A stretch of 60,000 nt of DNA from the NCBI GenBank assembly GCA_038087875.1, contig CM075998.1:374001-434000 (forward strand). The letters run 5' to 3'. This DNA is from Malacoraja senta. Its lineage: Eukaryota. The position numbers were made by a program, and so were the translations under genes. The notes below the pieces were generated by a model. It saw only the letters and a list, made by a program, of their open reading frames with translations. It ran no database searches and was not told where the DNA came from. This document shows positions 26,401 through 38,400 of this stretch, piece after piece. Position 1 is the first letter of the stretch. Each line of letters opens with the position of its first letter.

Positions 26401-29400
26401 TGTTTTCAGTGATCAAAAGGCTTTTCAAAGACATTTTTAACACAGGCAATCTTTAAATAGCTTCTTGGTATTTTAATGTCCTTGTAGGCATTTTCACACC
26501 CTGATTATATAACGGCATATAAACCGATCAACCTTGAGACTGTGAAAATACTGGCCTAACTGCTTTATAGTTACTTACGTATGTTACTGGGACACAGTTT
26601 GTTTTGTTGTCAAACTGGATAGTTTTAGTTTCTCTCCTCTGAACCAACTGAAATTTGAAGACTATCTGTGGAGCGATGTTTTGTGTCAATAAAGATCTCC
26701 GTCCCACCGGGCAACGCCATTTAATCTGAACAGTAATTCAACATCACACACTGTTGTGACCAGCAAATGCAGTGATTGAGTCACACCACATGGAAAGAGG
26801 CTCTTTGGCCCAACTCCCCAATGCTCCCCAGTCCAGGATACCCCATCTAAACTAGTTCCCTTTACCCATGGAGGAGTGATAGAACAGTGATGGTACAGCC
26901 AGTCCCGCGGACCATGTCTGTGGAGTACTGAGAGGGTCCTGCACTGCAGATGGTTCCATCTTTCAAAAGATACATTAAACTAAGGATCCCTTCCCCCCCC
27001 CCTGTTCAATTGGTGTAAATGATCCACAGCATGACTCTGAGACAACTGACGCATCCCTCTGGTAAATCAAAAGCTGCGTTTTGTCTGGAAGGTCTCCGAC
27101 AATGAATTTGTCCCAGTCCCTGCACAATCTCCCACACTCCCAGTCTTGTTTTGTTTTATGAAATGTATCACTTCTTCATCAACGAATAGTAAAATATTAA
27201 TGATGCAGACACTCTTATTCTTTTTGTTGTAGGCCTTATCGCTGCCTATCGTGGTGATTGTTCATGGCAGTCAGGACAACAATGCTACTGCAACAATCTT
27301 GTGGGACAATGCATTCTCTGAGATTGTAAGTTACTTTAACTTGGGATGCTTTACTTTTATTTAGAGATTCTGCGCAAGGGGAATGATTGGAGTTTGGTTT
27401 CAGCAGGACTTTCGTTTTTAGTTTTAGTTTTAAGTCCTTTTTAATAGTTATTAGGAGTATTATGAGAGATGCCACTCAGTTATTCCAAAGAAAATCTAAG
27501 CTTTATTACACGACCTCAGCTAAGGATCCTGAGGCATTGATAACATTGTCCCGTTCAAAGCTGGGACATGAATAGTATTGTTGGTTCAACGTCACGCATC
27601 ATTACACTATTGCACATTACAATCCGGTATAATCCGGCCTGAAGCTTACTTATTGTGTACAGATATAGGATAAAGGGAATAACGTTTAGTGCAAGTAAAG
27701 CCCGATTAAAGATAGTCCGAGGGTCTCCAGTGAAGTGGATGGGAGGTCAGGACCGCTCTCTAGTTGGTGAGAGGATGGTTCAGTTGCCTGATAACAGCCG
27801 GGAAGAAACTGTCCCTGAATCTGGAGGTGTGTGTGTGTGCGTTCATTTTCACACTTCTGTAGCTCTTGCCCGATAGGAGAGGGGAGGAGAGGGAGTGACA
27901 GGGGGTGAGACTCGTCCTTGATGATGCTGCTGGCCTTGCCGAGGCAGCGTGAGGTGTAGATGGAGCCAATAGAAGGGAGGTTGGATTGGATAAAGGTCTG
28001 GGCTGCGTCCACAGCACTGCAATTTCTTGCGGTCTTGGGTGGAGCTGTTTCCGAACTATGCTGTGATGCATCCCGCTAAAATGCTTTCTACGACACACCT
28101 TTAGAAGTTGGTAAGAGTTGTTGGGGACATGCCGGACCTCCTGTGCCTTCTAAGGAAGTCGAGGTGTTGATGTGCTTTCCTGGCCATTGCTTCAATATTT
28201 GGTGTCCGTGTGCCAGCTTGGACATGGTCCCGCCTTGCTTCAAATACCAATAAGGATGTAAAATCCAATGTTGCTTTTCCTCTGTGTGCAGGAACGATTA
28301 CCCTTCCATGTCCCGGACAGAGTGTCATGGTCTCAAATGTGTGAGACCCTCAATATGAAATTTATGGCAGAAGTCCAATCAACTCAGGGCTTGTGTAAAG
28401 AGCACTTTGTTTTCCTGGCCCAGAAGATATTTGATGAGCAGAGTTACATCTTGGACGACTTCACAAACAGGATGGTTTCTTGGTCTCAGTTTAACAAGGT
28501 AAACTTGACATATAATCATTGCCTGTGCTCTTGAGATATTGCACAGCAGCTGCCGGGAAGGTGACATGGGTTGCTGCATGAATTAATTGTTTGTTCTCTT
28601 TCTTGTGAAGATTAGGTTTAGTTAATGTACTGCCACACTCGCACTGTTTCACTTTTACCTCCTACCCCCATGTCCCCTGCCCCTGACGTTTTTACTTGCC
28701 TATCTTTAGCCATGGGAAGATTGACTGAACCCAGAAGTGAGGTTAAATTTCAATTTCAGGGTCACGTGGCTGTGCCATTTAAACATTTAAGCTACAAACC
28801 CAGCAACAGTCCGCACAATTTCTGGTCCGATGGAAAATCTGCCGATGGAAAAGTTTTCTAGCTTGGCTAACTGACTTTGAGAATTGACTTTAATAGTGCC
28901 CAAAATCCCACTCCACGGTGAAATCGGCCCCTTTGGCGTTCTCGATGCGAAAAGTACTCTGTTGTCGTGAGGTCAGGTAGGTGATCTGTTCCCAAACAGC
29001 AGCAGACTTCAAGTAACCCCTGCATTCCCTCTCTCTCCATCCCTTCCCCACCCGTTGCACCAGGTTCTTGTTCTCACCTTGCAAACGGCTAACAATGGCC
29101 TGTTTCCTTGCACATCTTTCATTCATTTATTCTATATCTCTCTACACCACTGTCTATATTTGTCGTTGTCCTTTTCCCCTGACTAGTCTGAAGAAGGGTC
29201 TCGACCCGAAACGTCACCCATTCCTTCTCTCCAGAGACGCTGCCTGTCCCGCTGAGTTACTCCAGCTTTTTGTGTCTATCTTCGATGTGATCACAGATCT
29301 TGATGAGGGGACTAGATAGGGTAAATGCACAGTTGATCTTTGATTTAAACCAGCATCTGCGGTTCCTTCCTACAGCATTGTGAAGTCTAGAAGCACAAGC

Positions 29401-32400
29401 AGTGATCTCAATACATGACAGGCAGCCATCCATGAAGTGAATCTATAATCATCTTGTATCTGGTGATTTAGACTTGCCAGGTAATCTTCAGTGCAAGCAA
29501 GGCATTACCAAATCATTACAACATTTTTTCAGGAAAACCTGCCTGGACGAACCTTTACTTTCTGGCAATGGTTTGATGGCGTGATGGAGCTCACGAAGAA
29601 GCACTTGAAGGAATACTGGAATAATGGGTACGAATTTAATTCCTCGCCAAACTAATCCGCATTCACTGATTGATGCCCTATGCATAGTCACTTCCATTGA
29701 TTTCAAGTCACCTTTTATCTAAAATGTCCAAATATCCTTCAGATATATTGGTGAATATCACCAAATAATGTATTAATTAATTGTGAAGAAATTCATGTGA
29801 TAGTAGAATTAGGCCATTCAGCCCATCGAGTCTACTCTGCCATTCAATTAAGGCTGATCTCTCTCTCTCTCCTAACCCCATTCTCCTGCCTTCTCCCCAT
29901 AACCCCTGACACCCGTACTAATCAACAATCTATCTATCTCTGCCTTCAAAATATCCATTGACTTGTGGCCTTCAAAGCCTTGTGTGGCAAAGAATTCCAC
30001 AGAGTCACCACCCTCTGACTAAAGAAATTCCTCCTCATCTCCTTCCTAAAGGAACGTCCTTTAATTCTGAGTCTGTGATCTCTAGTCCTGAACTCTCCCA
30101 CTAGTGGAAACATCCTCTCCACATCCACTCTATCCAGGCCTTTCACTATTCTGTACGTTTCAATGAGGTCCCCCCCTCAGTCTTCTAAACTCCAGTGAGT
30201 ACAGGCCCAGTGCAGTCAAACAAACGCTCATCGTACGTTAACCTACTCATACCTGGGATCATTTTTGTAAACCTCCTCTGGACCCTCTCCAGAGCCAGCA
30301 CATCCTTCCTCAGATATGGGGCCCAAAATTGCTCACAATACTCCAAATGTGGCCTGACCAGCGCCTTAGATGCACACTGCCACTGCCAGTCCACTGTTGG
30401 TGGAGGGAATAAATGCTCAAGGTGGCGTTCAGTACCAAGACCCAAATGGGGTTGACCTTGACTGGTGTTGGATCTGCACTCATCCACACTCCTGACCTGA
30501 ACCCTTGTGGGCGATGGAAAAGCTTGCAGGTGTCAGGAGGTGAGTGAGTCACCACAAGATGCTCAGCCTCTGACCTGCAGCCACAAGAGTTATGCAGCGG
30601 TCTATTTGCATTTCTGACCAAGCCTAACAATTCCCAACTCTTCATCCTTTTGGGCTTCCACCTGTCTTTTCATTCCTGGCCTTTGCCCGATGATCTGCCT
30701 ATCAAACCCCTCCCCTGTGTTCGCCTATTACCAGCCATGAACTGAACTTCCCCTTCCCTTGTCCATCTTTCCTGCATCCCCCCCACAATCAGTCTGAAGA
30801 AGGATCCTGATGAAAAGCGTCACCTATCCACGTTCTCCAGAGATGCTGCCTGACTCACTGAGTTACTCCAGCACTTTGTTTCATTCTTTGGTATAAACCT
30901 GCATCTGCGGTTCCTTGTTATGACAATAGACAATAGGTGCAGGAGTAGGCCATTTGGCCCTTCGAGCCAGCACCGCCATTCAATGTGATCATGGCTGATC
31001 ATCCCCAATCAGTACCCCGTTCCTGCCTTCTCCCCATATCCCCTGACTCCGCTATTGTTAAGAGCCCTATCTAGCTCTCTCTTGAAAGCATCCAGAGAAC
31101 CGGCCTCCATCGCCCTCTGAGGCAGAGAATTCCACAGACTCACCACTCTCTGTGAGAAAAAATGTTTCCTCGTCTCTGTTCTAAATGGCTTACCCCTTAT
31201 TCTTAAACTGTGGCCCCTGGTTCTGGACTCCCCCAACTTCGGGAACATGTTTCCTGCCTCTAGTGTGTCCAAGCCCTTACCAATCTTATATGTTTCAATG
31301 AGATTCCCTCTCATCCTTCTAAACTCCAGAGTGTACAAGCCCAGCTGCTCCATTCTCTCAGCATATGACAGTCCCGCCATCCTGGGAATTAACCGTGTAA
31401 ACCTATGCTGCACTCCCTCAATAGCAAGAATGTCCTTCCTCAAATTAAGGGACCAAAACTGCACACAATACTCCAGGTGTGGTCTCACTAGGGCTCTGTA
31501 CAACTGCAGAAGGACCTCTTTGCTCCTATATTCGATTCCTCTTGTTATAAAGGCCAACTTGGCTTTCTTCACTGCCTGCTGTACCTGCATGCTTACTTTC
31601 ATAGACTGATGTACAAGGACCCCCAGATCCCGTTGTACTTCCCCTTTTCCCAACTTGACGCCATTTAGATAGTAACATCATTAGTAGTGACATCATGGGG
31701 CTATGTTTTCTTGTTGCCACCTACGTGCAGTTGCAAACTGTTATGGAAAGGAGGTTTTTGCTCCAACACTGATCCCCTGAAGAAGGAATGTTGCTGAAGG
31801 GTTGACCCTCTGTTTTCAGGTTGATCATTGGTTTTGTCAGCAAGCAGTACGCCAACAGACTACTCAACCTACGGATGAATGGGACCTTTCTCCTTCGCTT
31901 CAGCGACTCTGAGATTGGTGGGATTACGATAGCATGGATTGACGATTCTGAGAAGGGTAACCCTATTCTCTCTTGCAAAGCGTAGAGGCTTTCTTTGACT
32001 ATTTTTCTTTTTAGAGTGTGCGCCCAACCCAGGTGACTATCTGTGTAGGGCAGACATCTAGAATATCAAACACTTGAGATATTATAGGTGGACAAAATTG
32101 CTGGAGAAACTCAGCGGGTGCGGCAGCATCTATGGAGCGAAGGAAATAGGCAACGTTTCGGGCCCGAAACGTTGCCTATTTCCTTCGCTCCATAGATGCT
32201 GCCGCACCCACTGAGTTTCTCCAGCAATTTTGTCTACCTTCGATTTTCCAGCATCTGCAGTTCCTTCTTGAACACTTGAGATATTATCCTTCTTTACAGG
32301 GTGTATTCCAGCCCCTGCTATGCCCACTGGTTCTGGAAAGTCCCCAACGAGCCATCAGATGCCCTCTCCAGGGTGGTTTATGCTGCCCCTGACCGAGATC

Positions 32401-35400
32401 TAGCACAATATCTACCCATTATTTATCTTTCTTTTTTGAGAGCTTTACTATGTGTCTAACCCATACTCTACCCGCCCTGTTTCCAAGATGGTGTCCAATC
32501 CAGGCGACTATTTGCGTGCAAGCCACAGAAGCAGATCTACAAACTCATATTCCAATCGCTCCACACTCTTAAATCTCTACTCCTACAGTAACATTTCTTA
32601 CTTTAACTACGATGATCTTAAATTCCTCTCAGATCTGTCCTTCCTTCGATCAAGTATCTATACACTGTAAATGGCTCGATTGTAATCATGTATTGTCTTT
32701 CCGCTGACTGGATAGCACGCAACAAAAGCTTTTCACTGTACCTCGGTACACGTGACAATAAACTGAACTGAACTGAATAAATATTTTAGAATTGGGGAAT
32801 TTACGTGTACATATCCAAAAGCGTAATATTGAGTCCTTCATGTGAGAGTCTCCCAATATTTCCAAACTAACTACATTGAGCTCCCCATGATTTGATTTAA
32901 TTTGGTTCTTCTAAGGCACACATTTCTAATTAAATTAAAAGCCGCAGGAATACTGTGAAGAACAAGAATTTCAATAACAAATTGATTTAAAATCTCAAAA
33001 TTAATCTATCTCCAAACTAAACTAAAAAATGTACCAATGACATTCTAGCCATTCTTTTTGACAACTGCATTTCCCGTCCATGTCAGACTAGCCAGTTCTG
33101 ATGAAATCTTCAGATATTAGCTATTTCCCTCTCTCCCCAGCGGGCCAAATGGCCATCTTCCATGCTGTAAATGCCAACAATTCTCTCGAGTGCCTTGTTC
33201 TGACTCTCTTTTTCCTGCTGCAGGTGGCAGACAGGTCTTCAATGTTCAGCCTTTCACTACAAAGGATTTAACCATTCGGTCGCTAGGAGATCGTGTCCGA
33301 GATATTGAACGCCTGCTTTACCTGTTTCCCGAGAGACGCAAAGATGAAACTTTCAAAAAGTACTACACAAGTATGTATCAAAAAACTTGCCAGGCATGGA
33401 CACAAAATTATTTCTGACAGTGTCATAGCCTGATTGAATTGTAGAACAATACTCAAGTGACTGATGCAGCTGCTCCTGTTCTTTTGATTCAGAATTAATC
33501 TGAAGAGCTTTTGCTATCTTCCTAGTACAAATTAAATATACTCAAAGTAGTCTATGTAAATGTTCTCCCTCCCATCATGTTTTTTTTTTTTGTTTTAATT
33601 TTTGAAAAATGATTGGGAGAACGATAAGCAAACAGCCTACAAAGTGTTGGAGGAACTCAGCGGGTCATCTGTGGAGCGAGATGGACAGACAGTGTTGTTG
33701 GTCGGGACCCTTTTTCAGACTGACAGGCCCCAACCAGAAGCATCGTCTGTCCATTCCCTCCAGAGATGCTGTCTGACCTGCTGAGTTCCCCCAGCACTTT
33801 GTGTTTTGATCAAGATTCCGGCATCTGCAGTTCCTTGTCTCTCCGATAAGCAAGCAACCTTGTTGGTCTCTTTTTCTCGGCAGAGGAAGCAAAGGGCAAA
33901 GATGGCTATCTCCACGCTGGCGTAAAGACCACGGTGAATGGGTAAGAGCACGGACACACTGGTCCTAATTTTTGTTTTTGCTAAATTTAGTGAACAGAGT
34001 TTGCCAGCTGTAAAAGCACGAGCAGACCGTCATGCTGCTAATTTGAATTCCACACTCCTGCAGGGAACCTTCCCTCTTCAATGGGACTGTTAGACAATGG
34101 ACAATAGGTGCAGGAGGAGGCCATTCGGCCCTTCGAGCCAGCACCGCCATTCAATGTGATCATGGCTGATCATCCCCAATCAGTACCCCGTTCCTGCCTT
34201 CTCCCCATATCCCCTGACTCCGCTATCTTTAAGAGCCCTGTCTAACTCTCTCTTGAAAGCATCCAGAGAACCTGCCTCCACCGCCCTCTGAGGTAGAGAA
34301 TTCCACAGACTCACAACTCTCTGTGAGAAAAGGTGTTTCCTCATCTCCGTTCTAAATGGCTTACTCCTTATTCTTAAACTGTGGCCCCTGGTTCTGGACT
34401 CCCCCAACATCGGGAACATGTTTCCTGCCTCTAGTGTGTCCAAGCCCTTAACAATCTTATATGTTTCAATGAGATTCCCTCTCATCCTTCTAAAAGGATT
34501 TGTTGGAAAATGATGGCTGCACTTTCCAAAATATTTAATTGTTACATTGATCTGATGCCCGGGAACCTTTTCAACTTGCCACCTCCCTCATTAAATTCCC
34601 CATATGTACACCCAGCTTGTTCATCCTGTAGACTGTCTGTGGTCTCGGTCACAGACAAGATCTTTTCCAATCACGTCCCTGGTCTCCATTACACACATTC
34701 CTCCACCGGCTGACAATCCCACTCCTGTTTCTGCCCAGAATAAACTCTTCCACCAATTCACATAACCTTTGGGCCTCCATTTGTCATTAATTATATTGTT
34801 GTTGAGTTGTTAAACCATTCCTTCCCTTTCACTTTGATGACCCTGCCAAATGTAAACCAGCCCAGCAATTCAGAAGGGTCTCGGCCCGAAATGTCACCCA
34901 TTCCTTCTCTCCAGAGATGCTGCCTGTCCCGCTGAGTTACTCCAGCTTTTTGTGCCTATCCACGTTCTCCAGAGATGCTGCCTGACCCGCTGAGTTACTC
35001 CAGCACTTTGTACCTGTCCATGTTCTCCACAGAGATGCCACCTGACCCGCTGAGTTACTCCAGCACTTTGTGTCTATCTCCACTAATTCAATCTGGTGTT
35101 GACTCCAACTTTGATGGAAGACTCGGGCTCCTTTGCCACAGTTGTTTGTCGCTCCCGAATCATCCCAGGGAGCAAAGATCACACTAGCTTCTTTGCTCTG
35201 CATCAGTCCCTCTTCAAGCTCCTCACCTTCGCCCCTCTGTCCTTATCTCCAAGAACGTCCGTGCTCATAGAAGAAATACCGTTCACTCAGCTGCTTTATT
35301 TCAGTGAACAAACGCAAATGGTGGTGCCAAGCATGCTCCCCTCATCAGTGGCCCAGCCTCCTATTCTGTGTACTACATCTGATGTCCCAAGATGGCAACA

Positions 35401-38400
35401 GATCCCAAGCGGCATCAACTATGAGAAGTAAGTGCAGCCGTTGTTACAACTGACTTTGCAACATTTTGTTTGAATGAACACGTTAACTTTCCTAATTGTA
35501 ATTTTCCCCTTTTGGACTAAGTGATCATCCTCCATCGTTCTTCTTCTCTAAAACCCTACTGGTACAATATCCCCTCTCTCTCTCTCTGAAGTGTCTTCTT
35601 CCTGGTCACAGTTCCGCAAAGCTGCCGTGTCTTACTGTCCACTGTGGTTCACAGCTATGAGTTAGACTCGAGCAGGAACGGCTGAGCATTTTCATGGTGA
35701 TAGAGGGTAGTGAAGTAGATTGAGAACTTTTGCAAGACAGAGAGTTAGCACACAGATCACATGGACCACACTCCCCACCATTGTAGATGTAGCCCAGTCC
35801 ATCACACACGGACCACACTCCCCACCATTGTAGATGTAGCCCAGTCCGTCACACAGACCACACTCCCCACCATTGTAGATGAGGCCCAGACCGTCACACA
35901 GACCACACTTCCCACCATTGTAGATGTAGCCCAGTCCATCACACAGACCACACTCCCCACCATTGTAGATGTAACCCAGACCGTCACACAGACCACACTC
36001 CCCACCATTGTAGATGTGGCCCAGTCCATCACACAGACCACACTCCCCACCATTGTAGATGTAGCCCAGACCGTCACACAGACCACACTCCCCACCATTG
36101 TAGATGTAGCCCAGTCCATCACACAGACCACACTCCCCACCATTGTAGATGTAGCCCAGTCCATCACACACACCACACTCCCCACCATTGACTCCATCTA
36201 CACTTCACGCTGCCTCGGGAAAAGCAGCCGACATCATCACAGACTTGTCCCTGTCCTACCCCGGTCATTCCTTCTTCTCCCCGCTCCCGTCCGGCAGAAG
36301 GTACAGAAGCATGAAAGCGCGCACCACCAGACACAGGAACAGCTTCTTCCCCTCTGTTATCAGGCCTTCCATAAGCTAGGGTACTGTCCGATTCGCCTCT
36401 ACCCCATTGCGGACATTGGACTTTGTCTCTGGAACTGATGCGCTACAATGCTGAGAACTATATTCTGCACTCTGTATCTTCCCTTGATCTGTCTATTGCA
36501 CTTGAATTTAAACTGATTGTGTTGATGAATGGTATATCTGACGTTTTTGGTTAGCATGCAAAACAAAAGCTTTTCACTGTACCTCGGACTGAGCGGGTCT
36601 CGGGTGGAGCATGTTGATAGCCGGCTAGACATTGAGGGCCAATGTAAACATGGGGAAGGGGGTCTAATTATACATGCTGGTCTTGTCAACCTGGGAGATC
36701 TACAAAGTAACTGAAATAAACATAGAACAATGCAGCACAGGAACAGGCCCTTTGGCCCACAACGTCCAGGCAATAATGCTTACAAACATTCTCAGGCAAT
36801 TTCCCACATCAGACGGGCTGCACAGTGACGCAGCGGTAGAGTTGCTGCCTCACAGTGCCAGAGATCCGGGTTCGATCCCAACTACGGGTGCCGTTAGTAC
36901 CGAGTTTATACGTTCTCCCCGTGACCACGTGGGTTTTCTTCGAGATCTTTTGTTTCCTCCCACAACCAGTTTTGGTTTGTAGGTTAATTGGCTTGGTATA
37001 AATGTAAAATTGTCCCGAGTGCGCGTAGGATGGTGTTAATGTGCAGGGATCGCTGGTCGGCGCGGACTCGGTGGGCCGAAGGGCCTGTTTCCGTGCTGTA
37101 TCTCTAAACTAAACTAAAAGAGCTCCTCCAACAACCCTCGATCTCCGGGTGGACCCTTGCCCCTGCGATGTCTTCCCAACCCCCTCCTTATGATCTCTCA
37201 ACCATCTTCCCCACCCCCCCACACCACATCCAAACCAAGGTCCATGCAATGTGTTTTTTCCCGCAGCTTGCTGTATTTTGTCTTCTGTTCCATTCTAACA
37301 CACCCTAATAGGGGCACTAGAATTTCTAGGCAATAATGTGACGAGCTGTTTTAAAATTGTTTTTGTCCATAGAAATATTGCACTTGAGCAGTTTTTGTCA
37401 GCAATGCATCAGGTTCCAAACACAACAGATTGCAGTTATATCAGTTTTGGTGGAAGCAGTATAATTGGTCTGTGATAGAAAAGTGGCTTGCATTTATGTT
37501 ATGCCTTTTAGTATATATGTGAAGGCATCCCAAGGCATTTTGAAGCCAATACAATACTTTTGAAGTGTAATGTAGGAAAGTGACTGGTGTATGTGTGCAG
37601 ATATCTCCTCGTACAATGTATAATCTCTTACGACAGTTCAGCAAAAAAAAGATTTAACAGCAAAAATCAGACTGCTGGGGGAACTCAGTGGGTCAGGCAG
37701 CATCTGTGAAGGAGTGAAGGGAAATGCGACCGTGTTTCATCTCCCCTCCATCAGGATGAAGAAGGGTCCTGACCCAAAACATCATCTGTCCATTCCCTCC
37801 AGAGATGCTGTTTGACCCACTGAGTCCCTCCAGTGGCTTGTGTTTGGCTCAAGATTCCAACATCTGCAGTTTCTTGTGACTCCGATATTTAGCAGCAGCC
37901 TTTGATTACAAATTAGTGTCTGAATGAAGATATTTAAAATCGAATGGTCTTACTTTCCTACAGGGCAGACGCCTCAGTCACCCCATCCATCGCATTGTCT
38001 CCGCACATAATGATTCCCATGAACCAGGATGAAGAATTTCCAAATGCAATTCAAGGGTCAGTTTGGTTTCTAAAATGTTAGCATTGATCAATCACCTGAT
38101 TTAAGCTTGGTTCTTTTAGCAATGAATAAGTCTGTAGTGGACTATGAAGTTTGTTTGTAATTGTACTGTAACAAATTGGACTGGATGCCCCCTGCAATCT
38201 TGCATGAAATTCCTATTTCAGTGTGAATCTGTGAGTGGGTCAACTCCACAACACACCTGGCCAACTCCCACAGCCTCATCCCATTCCCACTTCACTGCTC
38301 CTCTGGTGGCCTAAACTGTGATGTGCGTTGCTGCTTGAATCGGGCACGACTGAGAACGTTGTGGCAAAGGCTCCGGTTTAACTGGGCTTTGGGTTTGTCA

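Noticed and set aside
31009..31653. 214-aa ORF as a host gene
   Set aside because: C-terminus of CR1 ORF2, 5'-truncated
35692..36438. Cys-rich ([15 protein letters not shown])n and Thr-rich repeat ORFs
   Set aside because: Translations of an intronic 45-bp LINE-derived minisatellite
37373..37474. Possible extra STAT6 exon ([16 protein letters not shown]...)
   Set aside because: Acceptor and frame fit, but there is no convincing phase-2 donor; cannot be supported without RNA data
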